Assembly (NCBI RefSeq): GCF_009914755.1
Contig: NC_060941.1
From: the human T2T-CHM13v2.0 reference genome, Homo sapiens
Strand: one strand, 5' to 3'
DNA length: 64,000 nt
A model generated the notes under the pieces. The model ran no database searches. It was given only the letters and a program-made list of their open reading frames with translations, and had not been told where the DNA came from. The position numbers and the translations under genes are program-made. Shown piece after piece: positions 19,380-36,228 of this stretch. Numbering within the stretch: the stretch's first letter is position 1; every line of letters begins with the position of its first letter.

Positions 19380-20490
19380 CTATGTACCACCATTTCATCC
19401 AAGAAGTCTTTACTATGATTGTTTGCCAGGTAGTTTTACATTAACTCAGTATTACCGTCTGTAGTAATGTGAGATGTGCAGTGCTCAATTTTTGTATTTT
19501 TAAAGCTTTCATGTAATAGCTTTAACTTACATAATTTTAGTTTTAAAATACTTACTCATAAGAAAAAATGATTATACCACAGGACCTATTTGTATTTTTA
19601 TGTTTTCTCTAAGGGCTCGATGTAGAAAAATAAACAGTAAGTTAATCCCCTGAGTATCAAAAGGAAGAAAACCAACACTTAGAATTACAGAGTAATGCAA
19701 CATTCTGTCTCCTGTTAATCTGTAAAACACTAGGACAAAACTCTCAAGATAATATCTGAATTTTCACCAAGAGGTATCTTACTACACTTAGTCAATGGCA
19801 TTCTTTATATAATACAATAAACCAAACTTTGTAAACAAAGGCACTTAAAAGCAATCATGTTTTGCAATCACCATGTGGCTAATTTTTAAAAAAAGAATAT
19901 CTGACCATAGTTTTAAACACTGGATTAAGCAATGTCACTGAACCTTTATAGTCTTTTCCATGGAACTTTTCCTCCATAAGAGCAATGGAAAACACTGAAA
20001 AGATCTGCCTATCAACTCTAGGAGAGGTGATCTCTAAGGCATTCATCCCCCCATAGTCTTAAACACCATATGCTCCTGTAGGAAGAGATGCTGAAATGCT
20101 GCTTTCTTCAGGTTACAAAAGCCCCAAACTCTATTGTTTAGTAAAAATAATAGGTATTTACAGATCACTTTTCACATCAAACACACTTTACAAAACATTT
20201 AACCATTTAGTCCCCACTTTATCTCTTTAAACGTTTTCTTTTTTCTTTTTTTTTTTTTAGACCTCTCAGGGATGAAACATTTTATTTTTTAAACTAGTTT
20301 TTTTTTTAAATAACATTAACACATGCTGAATGCTTAAATCTTTTTAGAATTCAGAAAGGTAAAATGAAAGTCACCATTCTCATTCTCATCATCTTACTCC
20401 CAGAGATGATTGTTATTAATATTTCCAGAAATTTTGCTTGTATATGCAAACAGCAATATATTGTAGCTGCTCTTTAAGAAGCATACATGC

Positions 20491-20523
20491 ACACACACGC
20501 ACACACACACACACACACACACA
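20491..20523. repeat. (CA)n microsatellite within an old L1 remnant
   Basis: acacacacgc(ac)n. Confidence 0.95.
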
Positions 20524-23290
20524 GAATTATACATATTATTCTACTTGCATTTCCCCCTACTTATCACTATACCTTAGACATTTTTCCATGTTATTGTAAG
20601 TCTCCCTCATTCTTTTAAAGGAGTATAAGGCATTTTATTGTACAATCATATATAATCTATTTAAATAGTCCTTTACTTATGGGCATTTAAGTTGTTTCCA
20701 GTCTTTACTATTATATACAATATCACTATGAACATGTGTTTGTATAATTTTTGTTCATGTCATGACAGGGATATTGAAAAAAATATTTGTGCATACATGT
20801 GAATATACTTGTTGGATCAACACCTAGAGGTGGAATTGGCAGTTTGAAATATTTTAAACATCTTAGGACCTGGTAGATATTATCAAACTGCCTACCTAAA
20901 GAGTTTAGTTTTTTATTTTCCTGTGCATTATTAGTGTCTCCTGCTACTCCATGATCTATTAAATTAACTCAGGGCCCAAGATGCTCTTCTATACCCTGTC
21001 TTTTACACATTACATTAAAAGCTAAAAATATATATATTAGAAAAGTAAAATATGTTTATGGGAATAAAGTAGAAAATTTATAAAGAAAAATATTATGAGG
21101 AACTATATTATGGATTATTTTTTCCAAAGAACTACTTAGACTATAACAAGATAAATGTAAATTTTTTTTTTTTTTTTTTTTTGAGACAGGGTCTCGCTCT
21201 GTCATCCAGACTGGAGTGCAGTGGCACAATCACAGCTCACTGCACTCTTAACCGCCTGGGCTCAAGCAGTTCTCCTGGCTCAACTTCCAAGTAGCTGGGA
21301 CTGCAGGCATGTAACACCACACCTGTCGAGACGAAGTCTTGCCATGTTGCCCAGGCTGGTTTCAAACTTCTGGGCTCAAGCGATCCTCCTGCCTTGGCCT
21401 CCCAAAGTGTGGAGACTACAGGTATGAATCATCATGCCTGGCTGGTAAATGTAATTATTAAGCTACTTTGAAGATAATACAATTTTAAATTCAGAAAATT
21501 TTAAAATTATTTACTTCTAATTTAGGAATATATTGGAGCTTTTCTATAAATTCAGAAGATATTTTGAGATCTGTTCAATGATAATGCTGTAGAACTTATT
21601 AACATTATAGGTGAATGAACCTAATGTGGCCTAATACCATCAGTGTCCTAGAATGTAGTAAGACAGAGATAGAAAAATGGGAAGTGATTTTGGGAGTAAC
21701 AAAGAATGGAGGCTAAAAGAGCCAAGAAGGTTTTGAAAATAAAATAACTGAAATTTTTGAGCTGACATTCAGTGTGTGTCAGGTGCTCTATTAAGAGTTT
21801 ACATGGCCAGGTGTGGTGGCTCACACCTGTAATCCTAGCACTTTGGGAGGCAGAGGCAGGAGGATCCCTTGACTCCAGGAATTCGAGACCAGCCTAGGCA
21901 ACATAGGGAGACCCTATCTCTGTAAAAAATAAAAAATAATAAAAAAATAGAGTTTACATGCACTATCTCAATTCTTATAAACAATCCTATGATTCTATTA
22001 TTATCTCTATGAGGCTCAGAGAGGTTAAATAATTTGCCTAAGCTTATACAGCAGTATTTCAAATCCAGCCAGTTATTCTGGCTCCAGAACCTTCTTTCTT
22101 AAACAGTATTCTATATTGTCTCCATGATGATGGAGGTTCATTACAGGTTTAAACTGAAAAGGTCTATTGCCAACAGGGAGAAAGAACTCTTGGGGACCTT
22201 AAATACCTACCTGACTGCATCTGGTATTTTCTTCTCTACTTGATCCTACTTATGCCTAGCAGGTTCTGACAATAATAGGGACATAACCTGGTACTAAATA
22301 TAGCAGTAAGATGATCTTTTGGCTGCTGTATACCATCCTCTTGCTACCAGATCCTTTGGAACTCTGTATTTCAAACTTGTATTCATCACATTTTCCAAAG
22401 CACTTATATCTAAAGATATTTTTGTGTTTGTAGTTTTTACACAACATCCTACATGAAGGAGGCATTTAATGTATTTGTGAATGATGATGGCATCACCATC
22501 ATCTTATTTGATGTTTAAAATAAGCCTACTAGCTGGGCCAGTATTATCATTCCTTGTTATAGTTAAAGAAAAAGATGAATCAGACTAACATTGAGTTGAT
22601 AAGAAGCCTAGATTCTAGGCTTATCGAACGTGTCCAATTCATCCTACATATTATTGACAGATTAACTAAATTCAGTTTGACTAATCTTGAATACCTGTAT
22701 GCCAGGCACTATGTTACATGCTGATTATCAAAATGAATGAGTTAAATAACTTTTACACTAATTCCCTACTCAAACTCCCCAAATACTTCTCTATTCCCTT
22801 TCAGATCAAGTCTAAACTCTTCCTTCTAGCCTACAGATCCACCATAATTTAAATCCTACTATAATCCAGTCATTACAGCATATAATCCTCAACTTCATCC
22901 TTTCTCTAACACAATCAGTGTATCAGTGTAACTACCTTTCAAAACAAATTTTTGCTATATTTAGTTTTTTTGTTTTTTTTTTTTTTTTTTTTTTAACAGA
23001 GTCTCACTCCATTACCCAGGCTGGAGTACAGTGGTGCGATCTCTGCTTACTGCAACCTCTGCCTCCTGGGTTCAAAAGATACTAGTGATTCTCATGCCTC
23101 AACCTCCTGAGTAGCTGGAATTACAGGCTCGAGCCACCACCCCCGGCTAATTTTTGTATTTTTGGTAGAGACAAGGTTTTGCCACCTTGGCCAGGCTGGT
23201 CTTGAACTCCTGACCTCCAGTGATCTGCCTGCCTTGGCCTCCCCAAGTGCTGGGATTACAGGCGTGGGCCACCTTGCCCAGCCTAATTAG

Positions 23291-23584
<294 letters not shown>

Positions 23585-25095
23585 TGATCTGCCCACCTCG
23601 GCCTCCTAAAGTGCTGGGATGACAGGTGTGAGCCACTGTGCCCGGCCCAAGTCTTATTCTCCTATGTTTAAATTGTTCCCATTCTGAGACCACTTCTATT
23701 CAGCCTTTCAGGTTTTCCATGTATAACATATTTTTCAGACCTAGTTTAATTCTCAGCTCTTTCAATAATCAGAAACTCTATAGTGTTTTCATATCCATCT
23801 TCACTTAATTCTAATTAAAATCCTGTGTAGGTAAGGAGAGCTAGCTAGGATTATCAGCTTTATTTTACAGATGAGGAAACTAAGGCTCTGAAATTAAGGG
23901 ACCTGCCCAAACTTACATAGTAAATGTCAGAGCTAGGATTTGAACCTACGTCTTCTGATTAAGTCCAGTGATCAATTCCTGGTTTATAGTACGCTGTGAC
24001 ACTTTTCTAAGTCCTCTAGAATTTATAATATGTATTACGTTATTCAAAGTCTTATTTTCTGTCCTCTATTTTGTGTCACATAATGCATATTTATATAGAC
24101 AACAATGAGAGCATATTTATTTGTTGTCCTCTAATTGCTGCCTATATAACTTATCTCTCTACTGGAGCAAATCAGACACTAACTCTTTTGTGGACTTTAT
24201 ATAGCCTAGCACAGTGCTATGCAGGTCATAAGCACTAAATACATCCTGGTTAGATGACTGATCCTTTGCACTACATCACTTTATATCTTTCTTAAGATAT
24301 ATCATCTTTCTTTCACACACACATTATGCTCTAGTAAATATTTCCTTAAAGAATCAGTACATTAATGATGGAAGTTCTTTCTCCCTGGGAGCACTGCCTC
24401 ACTAAATAAGGAGTAGCCCTTAAGACTCCTTTTCACTGCCTTTCATCTCTCTCTTGCTGCCTCTTGTTCTTTGGATAGATACCTCCTTCACACACAGAAT
24501 TCAGTAGAGGGCCTGAAACACAACCTAGTAAGTAGGTAAGGGTTTTATTTTTATTTTCAAGCCTGCTCTAGACTTTCAGGAGCCAAAAGTTCAAATCACA
24601 GCAGGATTGATTCAGCCCTTTCACAAGCAATTTAGTACTATGCAGTTTGTTTAGGATGGTCAAGTTTCCAGGCCCTGGCAGAGCAGCATCATTATCTCTC
24701 TAAGCCTTCGTGTATCAACTTCCCTGGCCATATTTCACTTTCTATGTCTTTCTTCTCTGAAATCAGGTGAACATGCAAAATCAGACACTTACACAATTAT
24801 ACACTTTTCAACAACCATGTCAAATATGTTCAAGAATTTACCACAACATTGGAAGTTGCTTTTTCTCTCTGGATTAGATAAAACCAACAAGTATGCAAAA
24901 ATTAACTCCTCAGTCCTTAGTAGAAAGGGGGCAGTATTTATCATTCTTCAGCTAGTACATCAATTAACTGAGAAAAGATGTGGTTTTTTTTTTCCAGATT
25001 CTATTCAGTCCACCTCACAGCAACCTAAAAGGATAGATGGGCAGATGTTATCCTCATTTTACAAAATGAGGAAATTGAGGGCTACCATAGTGTGA

Positions 25096-25330
<235 letters not shown>

Positions 25331-25370
25331 AAAATCAGGTCTTCTTACTCTTACTTAATTGCTTTCTCTC

Positions 25371-26018
25371 TGTGGTAGTTAATTTTAGGTATCAATGTAA
25401 CTGGATTACAAAATACCTACAGAACTGGTAAAGTATTACTTCTGGGTTTGTCTCTGAGGCTGTTTCCAGAGAAGATTGGCATGTGAGTTGGTGGACTGAG
25501 TGGGGAAGATCCAGTCTCAATGTAAGCAGGTACCAACCAATCTACCTGGGCTACAGGCCGAGATAGAACATAAAAGGAGAAAAAAGCTTTCCTCTCTCCT
25601 CCTGGAGCTAGGATACTCTTCTCCTCCTGCCTTTGGACATCAGAACTCCAGGCTCTCTGGACTTGGGACTCCAGGCTCTCTGGACTTGGGACTCCAGGAT
25701 TTACTCCAGTGAACCCCTCCAGGTCCTTAGGTCTTTGGCATTTGACTGAGAATTACTCTAAAGGCTTCCCTGGCTCTGAGGCTTTTGGACTTGGACTGAG
25801 AAACCCTACCAGTATCCCGGTGTCTCCAGCTTGCAGATGGCCAGTCATGGGACTTCTCGGCTTCCATAATTGCATGAGCCAATTCCCCATCTGTCCATCC
25901 ATCCATCCATCCATCCATCCATCCATCCATCATCCACCCATCCATCCATCATCCACCCATCCATCCATCATCCACCCATCCATCCTATTCTGTCTCTCTG
26001 GAAAACTCTGACTAATAT
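25371..26018 (+). mobile_element. MLT2 (ERVL) solo LTR with internal (TCCA)n tract and a 23-bp tandem duplication
   Basis: Starts tgtggtagttaattttaggtatcaa and ends ctctggaaaactctgactaata. (TCCA)n at ~25894-25985; actccaggctctctggacttggg occurs twice at 25645-25690. Confidence 0.8.
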
Positions 26019-26505
26019 ATCCTCTACTACTCTGCTGGACGTCCAGATTTCCCTTTGTATATAAAAAGAAAATCAACACTGCACACTTGGAATCCTACCT
26101 AACTAAACAGGAAGATTAAATCAGAACTGAGTTTCTATCCATAGAAATAATATTACAATGTAGAAAAGAAAAGACAAGGGGTCCTATTCCTTGTCATTAC
26201 ACAGTAGAATAGAAAATATATATTTAAAACTCATATACATTTTTTGTTTAATTACATTTTTTAAAACATTTTAATTTTACCTGGGAAATCTTTTGTTTTT
26301 CAGAAATCTTGTTTTCTAAGCACCTCATGAATAGATGGCAAACATTTTGACTCTCTTTTCTGAAGACCAATATTCTACAAATAATACTAATCTTCAACAT
26401 CTTAGTTTTATTAAATGCTCCTTAATTTCACTTTGTAAGATTTCTCCATCAGATGGTTTACACATCGCCTTTTGAGATTATTAAATATGAATTTTGTTAA
26501 AGTGA

Positions 26506-26849
<344 letters not shown>

Positions 26850-27128
26850 TAATAGGAATCTTTCCATAGTGTCTGTTTCCTTTAAAATATATTTAAGACA
26901 TAAACATATGCATAAGGAGCATATACATACAGGTTTCAAGGTAAGAAAAACCAAGTATATAAGGAGTTCCTAAAGTTTATACTGTTTAAACTCATAAACA
27001 TAAGATCAGAAGAGACAAAAAACAAAAACTTGACCTTATACTAAACTCAGCAGTTCTGAATTGTGTTCATAATAAACCTTTCCTAATAGCCTTTTACTTT
27101 TTCATCCAAAACAAATAACTTGTAGTGA

Positions 27129-27510
<382 letters not shown>

Positions 27511-27679
27511 TAGAGAAGTGGATAAGCATGATGGGCAAAACTTTGGTTCTTATATATATGCTGCTGCTTTTTTAGAAATGAAGTTTTTATTCAATTGGGA
27601 AAATCATACTGGGAGAGGGTAATAGTACTATAAAAAGTTAATCATCCGGTCATGAATTACATTTAAAACTGTAAGGTGC

Positions 27680-27944
27680 AGGATGGCAAGAGCAGCAAGA
27701 AGATCAACATTGCCAACTGTGGACAACTCGAATAAGTTTGACTTGTGTTTCACCTTAACCACCAGACCATTCCTTCTGTAGCTCAGGAGAGCAGCCCTCC
27801 ACCCCATTTGCTCGCAGTATCCTATACTCGTTGTGCTCTCACTGCAGTTCCCTTTGAGTTCTGTGTTTTCCTTGTTCCCTTCCATGCCTAGCTGGATTGC
27901 AGAGTTAAGTTTATGATTATGAAATAAAAACCAAATAACAAAAC
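27680..27944 (+). pseudogene. PPIA: 5'-truncated processed pseudogene of cyclophilin A (PPIA): last codons plus 3' UTR
   Basis: Translates DGKSSKKINIANCGQLE* (PPIA C-terminus NGKTSKKITIADCGQLE*). Followed by a PPIA-like 3' UTR, AATAAA at 27923-27928 and an A-rich tail. Exact 15-bp TSD aaaactgtaaggtgc at 27665-27679 and 27945-27959, at a TT/AAAA site. Confidence 0.93.
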
Positions 27945-29798
27945 AAAACTGTAAGGTGCCTATTGCTATACAAACTTCCCTAGTTTCAATTTATACATTT
28001 ATCACTCATTTACTCAGTAATTTAACAATTAGGTAATTCATGCCTATTAATTGCCAGGGCTTGGATTGGACCTTGAGGATGAAAAATGAAGAATGCATGA
28101 GATCTGGCAGCCTAGAAGGGAGACAAACTGGAGTGTGAAAAATGAAGTCCTTCTTTCCTTTTTTTTTTTTTTTTTTGAGACAGGGTCTGGCTCTAGCGCC
28201 CATGCTGAAGTGCACTGGCGCAATCTTGGCTCTCCTCAACCTCTGCCTCCCAGGCTCAAGTGATCCTCTTGCCTTAGCCTCCCATATTATGAACTTTTCA
28301 TTACTAGATTTATTCACCAAATTAATATACAACAGAACTGCAAATAATACCGTTCTAGAACAGAATTAGCATCAAATTCACTAAAACATTTTTCTTTTAA
28401 TCAGTGAGGAAACCATCCTGGGAATGTCATTTTTTGAGGATATATAGCTGTCTTTTATTTGTAGGTTCTGGTTTTCTTTATTCATAGAAAAGAAAGTCCT
28501 CTCCTGATCTGAATTTATGCATTCAAACTTGTTCCTTAGATTTAACCTTGGCTGTTTCATTTTGTAGGGTAGGGACTTATCCTGAGACAATGGTCTTGTT
28601 AAGTTGGTAAAGCCATTCCATTACAAGTCATCAGTACTCTATCCGTGCCCTTGAGTTTTTCACAACATGAGTTGGTTTTAATTTTAAACATAACCTGAAA
28701 AAAATTCTTCAAATGCTTCAAATACTCTGTGTTCCAGGGGAGATATCAGGCCTAGCAGGAATTTGGATCATGAGCAGCTTCTAGAATCAGGCTCTGGCTA
28801 ATAGAATCCACATATCTGCCTGTGTAGACTCCTTCAGTAGCAGCTTGGCATGGTTCTTGCCAAGGTCCTCTGGAGCACTGCTGCTCTGTTGCCCTAAAGG
28901 TTGAAGGCCAGTTCAGTACTGAAGAAGGTTCTATTGGTGGTCTCAGCAAAAAGTGATAGCCCAAAGCCCAGCGACTCCTCAGGGTTGGCTCCTTTCATGT
29001 GATCCAAGTAAATAAAGTAAGAACTTGTTGAGCATGCTCCTCAAGCATGCCGTGATTTAGTCAGCCATCTGAGGTGATACACCTACGGAGTATGCTATTC
29101 CTCTAACACTTTGGATTTATCTAGGATCTTTGAGCTGAATAGGTCTCAAGATCTTCCTTCAGGACGTGAGAAAAATATTTTACCACCTCTATGAGGCATG
29201 CCCAACACACCGTCTTTAGCTCAAATAACTTACCAACAATCCCAAACTATTTCAGCAGAAGGTTGTGGTCATAAAGAGCCAAGCAAAGAAGGTTTCCAAG
29301 TAAAGCCACCACTGTGATGGACATTACAGTTGTGTTCCACAGACCCACCATACAAAGGCCTACTTAATAATAAAGGGTTGTTCTTGTTTGGTTTATTTTC
29401 ATTCAAGAATCATTAGTTTTTCTGTCCACCAGCTTTGTAAAGTTGACTTCAGAATCTCTGAGGCCTGCATTGTGGTCTTTGCATGGATCTTTTGGAATTT
29501 GATGGGGCGAACAGGCACTGACACAAGAAGTTGCAGCCTACAGAGCTGAAAAAGTGGATCTGGATTGTCACGTGGGTGCCATGGAATTATAGGGGGCTAT
29601 CAGTGAAGCTTGGAGGTGATGCCACAGCATGGAGCTGTGGCTTCAGCTCCCTCTTGCAGTCCTCCTGACTATGCCTTTTAAAATGGATTAACTTTTAAAA
29701 GGATATTTGTATAGCATTTTGCAATTGCTGAAAGCAGCCTTTTAATTCAAAAAAGTACAGAAACCACATTTTAGATTGTGGCTAAAATTTTAAATTCA

Positions 29799-30107
<309 letters not shown>

Positions 30108-30525
30108 TTAAATTCATTATGATTATCAGCTATTTAATCATTAAATCTTATACCTTACAGCATCTATCTAGTTCTTATTGGAAAGGCCTCCTTGGCTTTA
30201 GTAGTTAACACATACATACTTATGGATTATTGAGAATTATTTATTTTGCTGGAGGCAAACTCATATACTTTTAATTACTAGCCCATCCTGTTTAAGGACT
30301 CATGCTTTACTTATAAAGTGTTATTCAGGAACAACCTAATACGAAAATGTATGGTGCACTGAAATAATGAAAATGCACAATTCCATGGTACCTACATTCA
30401 TTATACAAAGAATAAGGATGGAAAGAGAATCTTCCAAACACCAATCCTTGTCTTTAGAAAATTGAAATGTCATTACAAACAATTCTTTCTACAACCAGCT
30501 ACTGGTTGATCTTACATTTGATCTG

Positions 30526-30686
30526 GTGTGCAATGGCTGCAAACAGCAGCCTCCTTGGTGGTGTTTGCAGCCTGTTGCTTGTATGAGTTGCCCTAATGGA
30601 CCTTGGAGACAGCCCTTTCCAATGTATATTCATGCCTCTGACCCTGCACTATCCCCAAACTAGAAAAAAAAAAAAAAAAAAAAAAA
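30526..30686 (+). pseudogene. SNORA70: SNORA70 (U70 H/ACA snoRNA) 5'-truncated retrocopy with 3' trailer and poly(A)
   Basis: gtgtgcaatggctgcaaacagcagc...ggaccttggagacagcc matches the recalled SNORA70 3' two-thirds. H box ACAGCA at 30543-30548 and ACA box at 30609-30611. A ~49-nt trailer ends in TAG, then A23. tgatctgg is repeated at 30519-30526 and 30689-30696. Confidence 0.85.
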
Positions 30687-31291
30687 CCTGATCTGGACGG
30701 TCTTTGAGATAGAGGTCACTGTTGCCACATCCCATCCTGCCTTGCAGCCTGCCATGAGTAAGGGGCCAGCAGATGGGAACAGTATCCTCTCAACTGTTCC
30801 TCAAGAGTTCTTGACTGTCAGCTCTTTCCCCTCCCATGAAAGGAATTCTTCTCTTCTGATATGATTATACTGTTGCTTTTCCCCATTCCTCTTTCCCCTA
30901 CTAGAAAAAAAAAAAATAAGTACTGCAATGAATGTGAGAATATTTGTTCTAACATTTTACAGTTTTTCAATGAGAACTGAATTATGGGATACATAAATGT
31001 TTTGCATGGTGGAAAAAGGGTAGAGGCCACAATTTCACAGCTACCCAAATCACATTTCTCTTCTAGTAAAGGATTTCTGCCTTAGACCTTTTCCCTCTGG
31101 AATACAGAATTTCTGCTAAACATTGACCCTGGTAATGAGAGAGAAAGTCCAGCTGAAAGGAAAGTATCATGCTCTCTTTTCTCCAAGATGCAATCTGTAA
31201 GAATCTATAGTCATAAGTCATGTAGCCTGGATGGGCGTGGTAGCTCACGCCTGTAATCCCATCACTTTGGGAGGCTGAGGCGGGAGGATCA

Positions 31292-31765
<474 letters not shown>

Positions 31766-32294
31766 TTACTACTAAATAATCATTTGAGTTTTTATTAGTC
31801 TGGGTTTTCATAATATCCAGGAAAACAACTCTTCCAAAAGTCAATTTGGCAAAATTAAGAATCAAAGGGACATTTACTTTACTTTTGTTTTTCTTATATC
31901 ATGAATAACATCTAGGGGGGAAAAGTAAAATTATTTACCTAGATTGGAAAGATATACCTAATTTTTTTTCTAGCGGAAGGAAGGAAGGAAGTGAAGGAGG
32001 GAGGGAGGAAGGAAGGCTGGCCAAATTTAATTATGGCTGTGATAATCAGATTTGCTTTTCAAATCAGATTTAAGAAGTATGGCTTTCACATCCACCAGAC
32101 ACAGTACACATCAGATAAATATAAAATAGTGTCTGTGAATACATTCTTCAGAAACAAAGAATACTTCAGTGAAATGAAAATTCTTACTGCTGTTAAGTAG
32201 CTAGGAAAAGAGGCTTTAAAGGTGTACACTTAACCATCCCAGCGAGGCTACTCTGTATGATAGCAGAAATTTAAGAAAATGAGAAGACAGCTCA

Positions 32295-32313
32295 CCACAC
32301 CCCCTGGTGGCCA
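32295..32313 (-). promoter_or_regulatory. Candidate CTCF motif
   Basis: Reverse complement TGGCCACCAGGGGGTGTGG; the first 14 nt match consensus TGGCCACCAGGGGGCGC. Not in a recognisable repeat. Confidence 0.6.
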
Positions 32314-32682
32314 CCCCCCAAACATTTATAAACGGCAGATAGTTCTCTATTCTGTACAGGAAAGTGTAACCCACATGGTGGGAGGTGCACAGTCAGGGTG
32401 CAGAAAGGCCCACAGCAAAAGATGAACAGTGGCTGGGCATGGTAGTTTACGCCTGTAATCCCAGCACTTTGGGGTCAGGATTCGAGACCAGCCTGGCCAA
32501 TCCTGACAGATGAAACCCTGACTCTACTAAAAGTACAAAAAATTAGCTGGGCGTGGTGGTGGGCCCTGTAATCCCAGCTACTTGGGGGGCTGAGGCAGGA
32601 GAATTGCTTGAACTCAGAAAGTGGAGTGTGCTGAGATCGCCCCATTGCATTCCAGCCTGGGCGACAGAGTGAGACTCTGTCT

Positions 32683-32722
<40 letters not shown>

Positions 32723-32877
32723 TGAACAGCTTCAAAGTGATCAGTTACAGCCACTTTCTAATAAATGGAAAGCTCTACTTTTGTTTAAAAACAACAACAA
32801 CAAAACAAAAAAACAACTCTGGCCGGGCACAGTAGCTCACGCCTGTAATCCCAGCACTTTGGGAGGCCGCCGGATCA

Positions 32878-33135
<258 letters not shown>

Positions 33136-33334
33136 CTAATGTATATTTCCTGTCATAAGTGCAATCAATATTCAGTTTCTCCATGAAATGTTAACATCAT
33201 CACTCTATTTCTTAAAGAAGAGTGAGGTGATAGAGCATTTTATTGCCAAATGGCTCAGAAAAAAAGTTCCTTGTATTGTATTTGTAATTTCTCTGTAAGT
33301 ATGAGATTGTTTCAATTTTTTTTTTTTTTTTTGA

Positions 33335-33538
<204 letters not shown>

Positions 33539-34327
33539 TGATCCACCTGCGTCAGCCTCCCAAAGTGCTGGGATTACAGGTGTGAGCCACTGCGCCCGGT
33601 CTAAACATTTTTTTAAAGATAAAAAAGATGAGGATTAAATTATCAGCTCATATTTACAATGGACCTACTTTTTTCCCCACTTTTCCTCCCTTTTTTTATT
33701 TTTTATTTTTGAGAGGAGTCTCGCTCTGTCGCCCAGGCTGGAGTGCAGTGGCACGATCTCGGCTCACTGCAAACTCCGCCTCCCGGTTCACGCCATTCTC
33801 CTGCCTCAGCCTCCCGAGTAGCTAGGACTACAGGCGCCCACCACCATGCCCGGCTAATTTTTTGTATTTTTAGTAGAGACGGGGTTTCACCGTGTTAGCC
33901 AGGATGGTCTTGATCTCCTGACCTGGTGATCCACCTGCCTCAGCCTCCCAAAGTGCTGGGATTACAGGCGTGAGCCACGGCGCCCGGCCTTTTTCTCCCT
34001 TTTTAAAATTTAAGTACAATGCTCATATTCTCAAAGTTAATATAGTCTTTAACTAGAACATATACTGAGGCAGAAATAAATTTGTCCTCTTTTCACTGCT
34101 GAAAGATGGGCAAAATAGTATATATATTGTCATGATATTTAAATCCATAGAAAAATTATTTCACCAAATAGGTTTGAATAAAGATGAAGTCCTATCTCAA
34201 AGATAAAAAATAAACAGAGCAAATACACAATAAAGAAAACTTGACAAGGTACCAAAGACAGAAATCTGGAAGAAAAATTTAGCTGCAAATTAGTAACAGT
34301 GCCACTGAGAAACCATCTCTTATATAA

Positions 34328-34594
<267 letters not shown>

Positions 34595-34741
34595 TGATCC
34601 GCCTGCCTCAGCTTCCCAAAGTGCTGGGATTACAGGTATAAGCCACGGTGCCCAGCCCAATAACTTTTTTTCTTTTCTCTTTTCTTCTCCTCTCCTCTCC
34701 TCTTTTTCTCTCTCTCCTCTCTCTCTCTCTTTCTTTCTTAA

Positions 34742-35062
<321 letters not shown>

Positions 35063-35445
35063 TGAATAATGCCCCGTTGTTTCATATATCCAAAGTCAAA
35101 CTCTTCATATGGTTTCTGACAGAGTTCCCTTTCTTAACTAGTATTATTTCTAGTACAGTAATCAATATTCTTCTATTCCTGTTCATTCACTAAGCATTTA
35201 CTGAGTGCCAACTACATGCTAATTGGATACCAAAGTAAAATACATAATCCCTGTCCTCATGCTGCTCTCGTACAGGAACTAGCCATTTGCCTGAATTACT
35301 GCAACAGCTTTCTTGATAGTTTTCTTGCCTCCCCTCCCCTCATGCTGTATAATACTGCCAGACTCCTTCTGGAAGTCATGTTATACATTTTTTCTTTTTT
35401 TGTGCGAGACCAGAGTTTTATTACTACTCAAATCAGTCTTCCTGA

Positions 35446-35925
<480 letters not shown>

Positions 35926-36100
35926 TAATTTGTTGGGTAGGGGGCCATTGAATTGGGAGTGCTGATTGGTTGGCTCAGAGATAAAATCACAGGGAGTTGA
36001 AGCTGTTCTTTTATGCTGAGTCAGTTCCTGAGTGGAGGCCACAGAACTAGTTGGCAGGTCCAGGTGGGGTCATTCGGTTGTTAGAAATGGAAAAACCTTA

Positions 36101-36192
36101 TTTATTAGGGTTCTCTATAGGGACAGAACTTTATATAAATATAATATTTATATTTATATATTATATATATAATATTTATATAGTTATATAAC

Positions 36193-36228
<36 letters not shown>

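Noticed and set aside
21591-21607. 17-nt match to the recalled Y4 RNA loop (agaacttattaacatta)
   Set aside because: The flanks lack Y RNA stems and a terminator; probably a chance AT-rich match.
25709-26064. His/Pro/Ser/Ile repeat ORFs
   Set aside because: Translations of the (TCCA)n microsatellite in an MLT2 LTR.
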